Below the pieces are notes generated by a model that saw nothing but the letters and a program-made list of their open reading frames with translations, had not been told where the DNA came from and did not search any database. A stretch of 64,000 nt of DNA. Source: Octopus vulgaris. Taxonomy: Eukaryota. Of the stretch, positions 1 through 12,362 are shown one piece after another. The DNA lies in NCBI GenBank assembly GCA_951406725.2, contig OX597820.1, positions 106,764,001 to 106,828,000 on the forward strand, given 5' to 3'. Numbering within the stretch: position 1 is the stretch's first letter; every line of letters begins with the position of its first letter. The translations under genes were made by a program, and so were the position numbers.

Positions 1-108
1 TTGTCTCTGTGATTCCAAAAACACTTTAATCTGTAAACATTATCAAAAGTACTTTTAAATGTACATAATAGCGACTTGAATTTCTAACTTGTTTCTTGAG
101 GCCTATGA

Positions 109-1750
109 GTGAGTCTTGGAGTCAACTTATTATTTGTATTGGCCATGACATTGCTCACTATGATACTACGAAAAGATAAAATTGCTTACAATTTGGGGAA
201 AGGAAATGGTCGGATAAATCATCTCCTTTTCATGGATGATATAAAGGTTTATGTGATAAATGAGAAACAGTTTGAAAGTCTTGTACATACTATCTGCATT
301 TTCTCAAATGACGTTGGTATGGAATTTGGGATAGGAAAGTGCATTATATTGAAAATGAAATGAGGAAGATTTGAAAGAAGCCAGGGAATTGAAATGCCAA
401 ATGAGCAAACAATGAGAGTGGTTGAGAAATGACATTGGTGTAAGTACTTGGGAATACTGGAAACAGACAAGATAAAAAATGAAGAAATGAAACAAATTAC
501 CAGTAGAGAGTTCATAAAGAGAGTAAGAAAATTATTGCAGTAAAAGCTGAATTCCAAAAATCTTATTGAAGTAATAAATTCAAGAGCAACACCCTTAATC
601 AGATACGGAATTGGAATAACAGAACTGGAGCAGAAACGATATAAAGAAACTTGACAGAAAAACTAGGAAGTTGACGATATATGGAGCCCACCATCCAAAA
701 GCTGATATCAACCAGCTGTACTTGAGGAGAGACCAGGGTGGAAGAGACTTAATAGCAGTAGAAGAATGTGTAGAGATGAAAAGAAAAAGTCTAATAGAAA
801 ATTTACAGAGCAGCACTGAAAAACTACTGAAGACAGTTAATAAAGAACAGGTTTTGAAGCACGTAATAGGAGAGAAGGACAAGAATGAAATACAAAGAGA
901 GCATGTCAGATAGATCAAAGAGAAACCTCTGCATGGCTTATTTTGGAGTGCCACTGAAGACATATGTGGAACAAAATCCTGGGTTTGGTTAAAAAAGGGG
1001 CAATTAAAAAAAGAAACAGAAAGCCTAGTTGTAGCAGCCCAAGATCAAGTGATAAAAAACAACTTGAGAAAAAATATATATGGAAAGAATGTGTCAGAAA
1101 AATGTAGAGACTGTGGAACTTGGAACAAGACAGTGGCACACATTGTGGTAGAATGCCCCAAGTTGGCACAACCTGCTTGTAAAAGTTTTACACTGGAAAC
1201 TGTGCCAGAAATGGGGATTTGAAGCTGGAAATACACAGTACAATAATTGTGTTGAAAGAGTACTAGAGTCAGAGAAATGTAAAATTTTGTGGGATTTTCC
1301 TATTCAAACAGACAAGAAGCTAGAAAATAATAGACCAGATATTACAATCATAGATAAGAAAAAGCAAAGTTGCTTACTTATCAGCCCATCATACCCGTTT
1401 GATTCCATGATCATAAAGAAAGAGGAAGAAAAACAAAGAAAATACAATCCCTTCAAATTTGAAATAGGAAGAATTTGGAGCATGCAAAGAGTAAAGGTCA
1501 TACCTATAATAATTGGTGCATTGGGAGCAGTAAGCCAAGATATAGAAAAATGACTGAAGGATATTGAAATAGAATGCCGGTAAGGCTCCTACACAAAGTT
1601 TGTTTCTTACAGACAGCAAGGATTATCAAGAGAGTTCTAAGCACTTGAAAGACTGCTGAAAACTTGTGGATACCTAAGGTTAGAGGTAGTAACCCACTAC
1701 CCACATAAATTCTACAAAGAATAAGACCAAATCTGAGCTAAACCAAAAAT
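109..1750 (+). mobile_element. Degenerate 5'-truncated non-LTR retrotransposon with restriction-like endonuclease (R4/Dong-like)
   Basis: Broken ORFs carry the RT motif HLLFMDDIK (109-363), LYLRRDQGGRDL (671-913), a CCHC-like CRDC..HIVVEC near 1100-1160, and the REL motifs WDFPIQTD..NRPDITIIDKK..PIIIGALG (1287-1553). Stops and frameshifts are present, and TAA-rich sequence follows. Confidence 0.8.
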
Positions 1751-1765
1751 AATCCTTTCCATTAA

Positions 1766-1932
1766 AAGCACAAGGCCTGAAATTTTGGGGAGAGGGAACT
1801 AGTCGATTACACTGACCCCAGTGTTTCACTGGTACTTAATTTATCGACCCCAAAATGATGAAGGGCAATGTTGACCTTGGCAGAATTTGAACTCAGATCA
1901 TAGAGATGGGCAAAATGCTTTAGCTCACCACC

Positions 1933-1970
<38 letters not shown>

Positions 1971-2385
1971 TTCAGATTTTAGCACAAGGCCAGCAATTTT
2001 GGGGTAGAGGTGAGTTGATTACATCAGCCCCAGTACTCAACTGGTACTTATTTTATCAACCTCAAAAGGATGAAAGGCAAAGTTGACCTTGGCAAAATTT
2101 GAACTCAGAATGTAAAGTACATGAAATGGTGCTAAGCATTTTGTCTGGTGTGCTAACAATTCTGCCAACTCACCACCTTAATAATAAGGATTTCAAATTT
2201 TGGCACAAAGCCAACAGTTTAGAGGGAGGGAAAAAGTTAATTACATGAACCTGAGTGTTTAACTGGTACTTATTTTATCGACTCCAAAAGGATGAAAAGC
2301 AAAGTCAACCTTGGCGAAATTTGAACTTAGAATGTAAAACCTGAAGAAATACTACTAAGCATTCTACCAGCTCACTGCCTTCTTA
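1766..2385 (-). mobile_element. Three tandem copies of a tRNA-derived SINE (Nin/Deu-like central domain), separated by (TAA)n
   Basis: Three diverged ~200-bp copies. The minus strand reads B-box GTTCAAATT followed by ..ACTTTGCCTTTCATCCTTT..GGGTCGATAAAATAAGTACCAG. The same family recurs at ~8090, 22085, 31370 and 37270. Confidence 0.75.
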
Positions 2386-2395
2386 ATAATAATAA

Positions 2396-5320
2396 CTAGC
2401 TAAATGACCTGGCGTTTCCCAGGTTACTGTTGTTCTTATTCAGAGTAAACAATAAATATAAAGATACTAGTTGGTCCCATGCCATCAAGAATGATGGTTA
2501 ATTGTAGTATTTTATATATAAATATGGATGGTAAATCAAATTAATACACTTATCAATGTTATCTAGTGGTTGTTATCATTGTTTGTTACTTAAAGAATGC
2601 TGTTTTTTTCATTATTTTGGAATGAAGACATTTTCTCCTTTGTGACTACCTGTTATGATTGCTGCCTTGGGGACATGGGCCTTCATGGAAGTAACAATCA
2701 AGCGAGTTCCATTACACAGGTGAGATGGTTAAAGATTCCTAAGCAACATAATGGGAGCACCCAGTTTTAGTGTCAAGTTATGCAGTGACATCCCAGTGGG
2801 TTTAAGTGTGTTCAGAAATTCAACGGGGTATTGAACAACCTGATCTTTATCGACTGTTGTCAATTGATCGAAAAGTCATTTCTGATGTATCTGTTGACTT
2901 TTGAAGAAGTTCATCAGTTGGAACCAGTATAGCTCTTTCAGATACCCAGTTTACATCAGTGTAATTGACAGATAAATTAGGAAATTCTTTATCCATAAGA
3001 TTCCTAGGAGAAAGTATCATTTGATCACATGTAATTTCATGTAGCTGAAGTCTTGAGTTGAATGTTAATATTCATTAGCCATTTAAGAAGTTCATAAGAC
3101 CACCTTGTAAAAGTACTCTGATGTTGCTTGTAAGATGAATTTTTTTCACATGTCTCCAAAGGTACCATTTTTTGAAGCATGCATTGACCTCATCAGCTTT
3201 TGATTATTTGGGATAACTGGCAACATTTGATGAAAATCTCCTGCAAGAACTGTTACTCCTCCCATGAGCATGCTATTGTTTTTTTATGTCTTGGAGGGTA
3301 TGGTCAAGTATCTCTAGAGCTCCACAATGTGATATAGTGCACTCTCCCAAACAATGAGGCAAGTTTGTTGGAGAACTATTGCCATTGCAGAGTTTTGGAA
3401 ATGTTGCACATTTGAGATTTTTTTCATTGCAAGGTTTAGAGGGAGCTTGAACATGGAACGAGCAGTTCTTCCCTTATTGAGGAGGGTAACTGCAATACCA
3501 GAAGATGCAACATTGGAAGAAGGTTAGATTTTATTTCTTCCCATTTAGGATTGCAGGTGAAAGTGACAAAAAGATTTGATTTTCCATATGTCATAGCATC
3601 TTGTGTTTGTTTGTGCATATATCAAGGACCACCTGTGAATGAATTATAATGAGGGGATTATAAGTTGCCCCATGTTTTTAAACGACGATGATGATGATGA
3701 TGATCTGTCCTCAGAACATCTTAAAGATGAACATAATTTTTTGCTCTTAATTTTTTTTTATTGTTACGAGTGTAGACTCTCACTCAACTTTAGCATACAT
3801 ATCAACCAAATATTGCGGAAATAGATCATGATATATATGTAATTAATTTGATTGTTCTGGTCTTAAAATCAGTTGGTAAAAATAGAAGTCATTTGACAAC
3901 ACCTTTTTGTTTGTAATTGGCTCTCGTGTTGCAGGTTCAATGTGTAGAATATTGAACTGATACCCATCTTGTCCATTCAACAAAATAAGAGGATACAGGA
4001 GAGTATCATAAGAGGGATGAGCCTCTGAAACAAGTTTAAGGTTGTTATCTCAAGCAGGAATGAGAATATCGCGATTTTCAGGGGGATTACCTACCATAAG
4101 GAGGGTTTCTTCATTAGATATGGGCTCATTAAAATGGTATAAAATGTCCTTTAATATAGTTTACTATGGACGTAGCAAACGCAGAAACACACACTCATAC
4201 ACATATGTATGTGTAGATGCATGTGTGTGTTTGTGTGAGGCTTAACATAGAAAAATTATCACACATACAGTTGCGCACACACTCACATACATATACTAAA
4301 ACAGACATACAGAGACATACATCCATGCACACCTCAGGCATATCTCTGTTCCTGTGTGTGTGCATCTCTCTCCTTAGATGTGTGCATGAATGTGTGTGTG
4401 TGAGTTGTCAAAAAAAGGTATGTATATTGACACACACATACACCCTCACATAGTTATACACATATACTTCTCAGTCATTACGTTATGAACACACAAACAC
4501 ACATACACTCACAGACTCATATACACTCATATAGAAAATATAATGTCATCATCGTTGTGATACAAAATGTTTACGATAGTTGACTTATACCCCATACGTC
4601 AAAATTGGCAACTAAGTTTTGAAATGCATAAGGAACATATGCACACACTCACACAAACTCTGCAGGAATGAGAATATCATGATTTTCATGGTGATCACCT
4701 ACCATAAGGATGGCTACTTCATTAGATGTAGGCTCATTAAAATGGTGTAAAATGTCCTTTACTATAGACGTAATGAATGTGTAAACATACATACACTCAC
4801 AGATACAAACACACTCATACACATATGTATATGTGTAGATGTGTATTTGTAATTGTCCGAGGCCTAACATAAAAATTATCACATATACAGTCACACACAT
4901 ATACAGTCTAACATACTCTCACATACATATACTAAGACAGACACACAGAGACATACATTCACACACATCTCAGGCATATCTCTCTTCCTCTGTGTGTGTC
5001 TCTCCCTCCTCATATGTGTGTATGTGTGTCAGTTGTCACAAAAATATGTGTATATTCACCTCACATACTTCTCAGTCATATAGAAAATGTGATGCCATCA
5101 TCTTCATGGTATAAAATGTCATTTACAAAAGTTGACTTGTAGAAAGATTATAATGTTAAATTTTTGTAATGCAAATATGTAAATGAAAATAAAGTTTATT
5201 TGGTAGGTGAAAGATTACTGAATCTTTTGATACCTCATACATCAATATTGGCAACTAAGTTTTCAAATGCATAAGGAATATACACACAGACACACAAATT
5301 CTGCTTTATATATATATAGA
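2396..5320 (-). mobile_element. Internally deleted Helitron with Rep and PIF1-helicase remnants
   Basis: The minus-strand 5' end TCTATATATATA is at 5320. The 3' end CCTGG-gaaacg-CCAGG hairpin ...CTAG is at 2396, and the insertion sits between A and T. Rep remnants: FVTFTCNPKWEEI (3436-3618) and HFNEPTSNEVAILMVGD. Helicase remnants: APIMLLRNL..LCNGTRLIV (~2700-2760) and GGVTVLAGDF (~3240). Confidence 0.88.
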
Positions 5321-5987
5321 TAATGAGTTTCTTTTTATGAAGAGAAAGAATACTGTTTTCTCCATTACTTTCTTACTTTACTAATCCAATGACAAATCCC
5401 TTAGAACACGAAATACAGAACAAGTGAATTTATTTAAAACTGTGAAAGATAAATGAAATGCTGATGTTTGGATTAACTGAGTTAATTTTATTATACTATA
5501 ATACCAGCCAAATAACTAAAATATGTATTTATATGAAGAAAGGAAAGAGATACAAACTTACTAGACTCCAGTAAATAATCTACCAGCTTACACATTTAAT
5601 CAGTGCACTCTTCACAAAACTGCTAATGTAGGATTTTTTTAATGCTATTAAATATTTAATGATATTTATATGATGAAGAGCTCTTAAGTTCTCAACAAAT
5701 CAATCAAATCAAGCTCATTACTCTTTATTTGTAGTTATTTCATCTGTCCCACCAATGTTCTTAGAAAAGAAAGTTTCATTCACACCTTTTACTCACCACT
5801 TCCAGAAATAGAGCTGAGCAAGATGAGAGAAACTCCTCAGAGATGCCAACTTCATGAAAAACAATAGTCAAGTCAGTGATATCATAACTAATGCACTGAG
5901 TATCAAAACGGGCTAATTAAAACTAATTATGTACTGAGAAAAAGACAATTATATTGTACAAAGATAATTGTATCATCATTATATACA

Positions 5988-6410
5988 GGCACAGGTGTGG
6001 CTATGTGGTTAGAAGTTTACTTCCCAACCACATGGTTCTGGATTCAGACCCACTGCATGGCACTTTGGACAAATGTTTTCTACTACAGACCTGAGATGAG
6101 CAAAGCTTTGTGAATGGATCTGGTAAATGGAAACTGAAAGAAACCTGTTGTTTTAGATGTGTGTCTATGAGGGAGAGTGTTTTTACACCTCTTTGTCTTG
6201 ACAATGCATGATAGTTGTAAATGACTGTCACTGTCATACAAGCAGTGTCATTCATTTCTGACATTCTACAAGAACATGTCTGGCCATGGAGTGATATTTC
6301 TTTGCTTGTAAACGGATGAGGGTTGGCAACAGAAAGGGCATCCAGCTGTAGAAAATCTGCCTCAACAAATTCCATCTGACCCATGCAAACATGGAAAAGT
6401 GAATGTTAAA
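5988..6410 (+). mobile_element. tRNA-derived SINE with RTE-type 3' tail
   Basis: A-box TGGCTATGTGG, degenerate B-box and a CORE-like GCACTTTGGACAAATG. It ends in GGTTGGC..AAGGGCATCCAGCTGTAGAAA..CCCATGC..CATGGAAAAGTG, which matches the 3' end of the RTE copies in this window. Confidence 0.75.
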
Positions 6411-7224
6411 TATATATAATAAGTGTTTGTGTATGCAAGCATATGTATATGTGTGTATTTTTTTTTTCTTGACACCAGTTGTAAGAATGAGAATGACTTA
6501 TATGCAAGCAGTGTCATTCATTTCCAATAAATTACTTTTCCAGGGTTGGAAAAGAGTTGAATTTTATTTTAATCATAGAACTATTTTATCACGACAAAAG
6601 ACACCTTTCCAAGGACAGTTCCTTTTTAACCCTGAAGAAGGGATGTGTATGTCCCAAAATATTGGATACATATACGACCAAAGATTACCAGGTAACTTAC
6701 TTTTAGTTTACGTTACCTCATCTTAAATCTTATTTGCATTGTGTGGCCTTTTAAATTTTTCAACATAATATTGAAACATCTCTTAAAAATGTCCCTTTAC
6801 CGTTATTTGATATTTCCTCCATCTAGTCTTCTATAATAATAATAATAATTTTTTATGTATTCGTCTTGCACTGAGGAGAACAGTAATTTGTAATTAATTA
6901 AATTCATTTTAATTATTGTACCATGTTATTTACATGTTTGATATCACTGTTTGAAACAATCGCATGCATGTATTAAAATTCTTTTCAAATTTTAACATCT
7001 TCTCTTCTCCATCTTTAACAATTTGTTGAGTTTCTATGGGATATTTTCCATAAATTCTCATAACACACTATATACATGTAATAATTTCATATTCATAAAA
7101 ATCTTACGCCAGTAAGCTACCAACAAAATATGAAGAATCTTTGTTGAAAATCGCCCTTTGGAACCCTCCAAAGTGAAGGATGAAATAGAACTCAACTTTT
7201 TCACATACATACATCCTGTTCATC

Positions 7225-7480
7225 AATTTTTTGCAATGGCTGAAACAAAGGAACAGCATGCTTCCATGAAATTCTGTTTTCTGCTGGGGAAAACAGTGGC
7301 TGAAACAGTTGTTGTGCCTCAAACAGCTTACAAGGTGGATGCTGCCATGAGCAAAGCACAAGTTTATGAGTGGCTTTAAGAATGGTCTCTTGTTGCTTGA
7401 AGACCAAGTAGAAGACACTTAAGCTGCCATGCAGGGGGACTGAACATGAGACTACATGGTTGTGAAGCAAGCTTCTTCAC
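7225..7480 (+). mobile_element. Mariner transposase N-terminal relic
   Basis: EQHASMKFCFLLGKTVAET..TAYK..AMSKAQVYEW matches the typical mariner HTH N-terminus. The copy is truncated. Confidence 0.75.
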
Positions 7481-7951
7481 TACAGAGTCAACTTGGTTAA
7501 AAGGATATTTTTACAGATACCTTTCTTGTACTAACCTCATTCTATAATGTCAAGCATTTTATCATCAGCAGCAGCATTTACGAGTTAAAAAAACAAATAC
7601 TACAGCACATGTTATACTAAACTTTAAAATAATATAATATTGAGAAACTGCATGATATCTTTTTCTCTTTCTTATTTAATCATTAATATTATTATTTTGG
7701 CAGTAACAGCTGTTCAAAGAAAAATTTTAAATAAATTAAATCAAGTAAGTTATAAATTAATCTGTAAACCTATACAGAACTAGTTTTTAATAACTTTTTT
7801 GCCATAGGTTATTAAAATACATTTTTCTTTACCTGAAAAAGCAGGTTTCTAGGTGTATAAAGTTTTCAATGTACTTAAAACATCATCAGGTTACAAAAGA
7901 AACGAGAGACTTGTAGCTCTAGATGTGTGTGTGTGTGTGTGTTTGTGTGTG

Positions 7952-7986
<35 letters not shown>

Positions 7987-8261
7987 AAATAATCAATGAC
8001 CTCAGAAATAATGAGCAGAAAATGTTTTTCAAAATTGTAAATAATCAAGAGGTTACATCTTTTTCCTGAATAAAGTACAACACAAACACATTTTGCCTTT
8101 CATCCTTTCGGGGTCAATAAATTAAGAACCAGTAACATACTGGAGTCAATCTAATCGACTACCTCCAAAAAAAAAAAAAAAATTTTCGGGTCTTGTGCCT
8201 AGAGTAGAAAAGAATTCTACAGATAAGTTAAGAAAGAGAGATCTCATTAAAACAGTGACAA

Positions 8262-8332
8262 TTTAGTCTGGATAATATTTTAGTCTGGATAATATTTTAG
8301 TCTGGATAATATTTTAGTCTGGATAATATTTT
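8262..8332. repeat. Minisatellite, ~18-bp unit (TTTAGTCTGGATAATATT) x4
   Basis: Seen directly as tandem copies. Confidence 0.9.
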
Positions 8333-8610
8333 AACAATAAATTCAAAGATTTTTATGGTACTAATATATTTATTTCTATTGACTAGACATAGGACCAATT
8401 TATATAGAGTAATAGACTGGATTGACTCATCATATATTACAAGTATTTATTTCAATTTCTAATAAAAGACATGATCCCAATAGGAACGGAACTCAGAATG
8501 CAGAGTAACAAATGACCACAACTGAATACTAAAAAGTTAGACATTTATTCTGGTATCAACTTGCCACTCTATTTTGTAACACTATAGAACAATGATTAAC
8601 AAAGACATAC

Positions 8611-8672
8611 CAATGTGTTCCCAGCTTTTCGAATTATTCCATTGCTGCCTGCATCAATCCAATGTGATAACA
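8611..8672 (-). CDS. Coding exon 2 of UPF0489/C5orf22-family gene
   Basis: The acceptor is poly-T-CAG and the donor is TTG|GTATGT. The 62-nt exon joins phase-1 exon 1 to give ..VEDHHE-VLSHWIDAGSNGIIRKAGNTL, colinear with the C5orf22 N-terminus ([27 protein letters not shown]). Confidence 0.8.
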
Positions 8673-8732
8673 CTGAAAAAAAAAATAAATAAATAAAGTA
8701 AATCTTATTATGTAACAAAGAAATTTTATTTT

Positions 8733-8856
8733 TAGCTGTAGAAACACTGCCAGATCAGACTGGAGCCTGGTAAAGCCTTCTGGCTTCCCAGATCCCCGGT
8801 CGAACCGTCCAACCCATGCTAGCATGAAGAACGGACGTTAAACGATGATGATGATG
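8733..8856 (+). mobile_element. Short RTE/SINE 3'-end fragment with (GAT)n tail
   Basis: Matches the 3' terminus of the RTE at 29950-30072. Confidence 0.8.
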
Positions 8857-10251
8857 GTAAGAATTTTTCGTTTGAAATATATCACAATTCAATAAAACAT
8901 CTAACACTAGGTTTCTTTAATTTATCCATTTATTTTCCTATAATCCTTAACTTTCATGTCTGTCTATTGCAATTGAAGAATTAGATTTTTCTGTTATATT
9001 TTCTGTAATGAACTGGAATATCTATGTTTCGAATTTCATCAAAATTGCAGATGAGGGTTATTTCCCTCTTTACACACCCTAAAAAAATTGTAATCATGCC
9101 ACATGTATCCCATACTACTGATTTTTATGCAAATATTCCAAAATTCCAGTTTTATTGAACCTGTTAAAAAGATTTTACTCCTGAAAAATGAAGGTCATGG
9201 AGCTCTAAAAGTGAGAGTTAAGGCTCCTGTTGGGGGTGGGCATCTTAATGTCAACCAGAGAAGTTGAATTGTTGAGAATCTTTTTAACTTGGGTCTTATA
9301 TCTATTGTTTGAATTTCTTTGAAATAGGAAATATATGTTCACTGGGTTTGTAAAAGAGAGCAAAGCTACAGGAAACCAAAAGACAAATGATCACAATAAG
9401 CAGTCAGCTACAGTACCCTAGTCGTTACCACTCCCAATGTAGGATTCCTCACCATCTGGGTGACAGGCACATCCGTAAGATGTATTACGAATGTATAGCA
9501 ATTGGAAGGGCATGACCCAACTGAAATAAACATTAACAACTGTGTGACGTGAGGGCTAAGGAGAAATGAAAGTGTCACCTCTGGAGTTTGCCAATGACCA
9601 CTATACTGATATGTAACTGGACAGAATAAATTTACAATCTATAAATGTCTTTGAATAACCAGTCACTCATGTGGGAAGGCCTTGAAATCAATGTTACCAT
9701 CTGGGGACTATGTGTGACCCAGTGATAATAAAAAGACTGAAAGGAGGTCTGCAATCAAATAACTTTACTCAACACTTTGCAACTGAATCAGTGGAGGCAA
9801 AGATGCCTCTCATTTACTTAACAATTTATGCACCACATTGCAAAAATCACAATATAAGGGTATGTCAAAGCAAACTGTTACACTGTTGTACCATTGGATT
9901 ACAAATAATGCTCATCTTTTATGCTCGGGTAACCCTACAGCTTCCAAGAGCACAACTGTATTCGTTTTTGCTTAGATAAAATGACAAAATTGTGGGTGTT
10001 AAGTCCCTATGGAGGGGTCTTCCTAACTTGTAAGATGATGAAATTTTATAAATATTACTTCATTTGTGTATAATATCTATGGTCAAAATTTCATCAACAG
10101 CAAAAATATATGGATTGTCATGGGGGTTATGGCCCTTATGCATAGAATATAATTTCCAAATTTCATAAAGATCCAATCAGTACTTTTGACATAGTTTTGG
10201 ATCATAAAAGAAATTACTAAAATTTGGGAGTTGAGGCCCCCATTAGGGTGT

Positions 10252-10283
<32 letters not shown>

Positions 10284-10420
10284 TACAAAGATAAATTGAT
10301 AGATACAACTGAACAGGCAAACAAAAATATGAGACACAGCCTAGTGGGGTTTTTTTATGATGATAAGCCTGGTACTTATTCTATTAGCATGTTCTTGTGA
10401 AACCAGTAAGTTATGGGGAC

Positions 10421-10827
10421 GTTTCGGCTGATATACCTTGCAGACTTCATCAGGTGTCTTGGGGAAATTTCGAACCTGGGTTCTCATTCCTAAGGTATTT
10501 TTCAATGTTGTTGTTGTTATTATATTTTTATTATTATCATCATTATTATTATTATTATCATTATTATTCAGGTCACTGCCTCGAACTCGGAATCTTGGGG
10601 TTAGTAGCCCGCTCTCTTAACCACTATGCCATATGCCCGTGGCATATGGTGTAGCGGTTAAGAGTGCGAGCTACTAACCTCAAGATTCCAAGTTCAATTC
10701 CAGGCAGTGACCTAAATAATAATAATAATAACAACAACAACATCGAAAAATACCTTAGGAATGAGAACCCAGGTTTGAAATTTCCCCAAGACACTTGATG
10801 AAGGCTGGAGGGTATATCAGCCGAAAC
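10421..10827. mobile_element. Head-to-head inverted dimer of a tRNA-headed element with hammerhead-like core
   Basis: Two ~200-bp arms are inverted around CGT (10638-10640). Each arm has a tRNA-like head (A box TGGTGTAGCGG, B box AGTTCAATTCC), a (TAA/CAA)n tract and a C/TTGATGA-A-GGCTG..CAGCC-GAAAC core. Confidence 0.75.
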
Positions 10828-10989
10828 ATGTTAACAACAAACAAGACGAGGACAAAATCTGTCAAAATGTAAATAATGTTCAAATGACTATATTTGACAA
10901 TGAAAAAAATATGACTCATCATTCTTTTGTTGCTCTTTCTTTTTTTTTTTGACCTACTTACCTTGCTCTAACTTTTAAGATGTCCCAAG

Positions 10990-11163
10990 CATTAATTTTA
11001 CAAACGAAAGAATTTAATGAAATAACTTTGTCGTCATTCAGCTAGTATTTGGAACATTACATGACATTTTGATGGAAAGTTTTAATGTAAATCCTTTTAA
11101 AACCGGATGTTTGTATCATAGAACCAAGAGTAGTCACAAGCAGATTGGTATCAAAAGGGTTAA
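10990..11163. mobile_element. piggyBac-type MITE copy (partial)
   Basis: Ends GGTATCAAAAGGG|TTAA. Homologous to the copies at 15650, 21530 and 49292. Confidence 0.6.
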
Positions 11164-12362
11164 TATTGGCTTAACACACTTTACAATCATTTATCATCTT
11201 AAGAAGTGTACAACTGTTAGATAATTATCTCACTACTCCGATAAATATACAAGTCTATATGTTTGCTTACTGATTCAATATTGAATATTTCAGCAGAGAC
11301 AGTATGATTAACATCTCTTGAATAATCTAAACAAGAGGTAATGAGTGGCAGTATAGGGAGGATGGAGAACAGTAGTATAGTAAACCTGTAGATACATCAG
11401 GTTATAAAGAGATGTTCAGCTGGGTGAGAGAGAGAGAAATATATAGGGACAGAAATAGAGTTCAGAGATATGCAGCAGTGGGTATAATGAGTGGAATACA
11501 AAGGTGGGAGTAAGGGATACATGTGGTAGTTTAAAATAAATGTTTATAAGTGTTGTAGTTAGTTGTAAACCTAAAGATGCGCAAATCATATTTCAGAGTC
11601 AAATTACCCTTCTTAATCACACCACTTTAGAAAATAGAATTCTCAATGCAAGACCATCCATAACTAACATGAAGTTCATATCCCAAAAACCACAGGTATA
11701 GAAAAGTTTTATGTGAGCCAGAATGGCCAAAATATGCTGATATAATAGTTTTGCATTTCAAATTTGACTTAGACAAATGTAAATCAAATCAATTTAAATA
11801 TTGATGTAGACAACATAAGGGGAATTGAAAAGCAAATAACAAAACAAAAACTTTTCAAAAAGACAAAAATACTATAAAAATACAATTTGATAGTAGTATA
11901 TTAGATTTAGGACCCCACCTTTTTTTTCTAATATACAACTATAACAGTTCCTGCTCATCAAAGCTGGTCTTGTACACACACTACTCAGGTAGCCATGACC
12001 CACTTGTCTCTCCACTTCCCATCAACCTTGTTACATCCACCACCCTCACTTTGACCCCATACTAATCACTATGTCCAATCCTTTCTCCACAGAACATCGG
12101 TCTTTTAGAATCTGCTTGTCAATGTCTTTCCTGTTGATGTTGAATTGCAACAGTTTAAGTGAAACATGGCATCAATCTTACCTTACAACCCTCACTAGTC
12201 TCAGATGGCCTGCAAGGACCATGAGCACTGCCTTTTCCTCCAGACTCAACAAATATACAAAAAAAAACCCATCCTGTATGTTTGCATCTATGAAGTATGG
12301 CAGCTTTAGAATGAGACCCTAGTCTGAATATGGTATCCCTTTACATGTCATAATATAACTTA

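Noticed and set aside
5787-5870. Possible exon 3 of the UPF0489 gene (minus-strand GTGAGT donor)
   Set aside because: It lacks the expected HxDxHxD motif and a convincing acceptor.
10641-10712. Functional tRNA gene
   Set aside because: The acceptor and T stems pair poorly and there is no terminator. It is the head of a repeat, as is 60165-60240.
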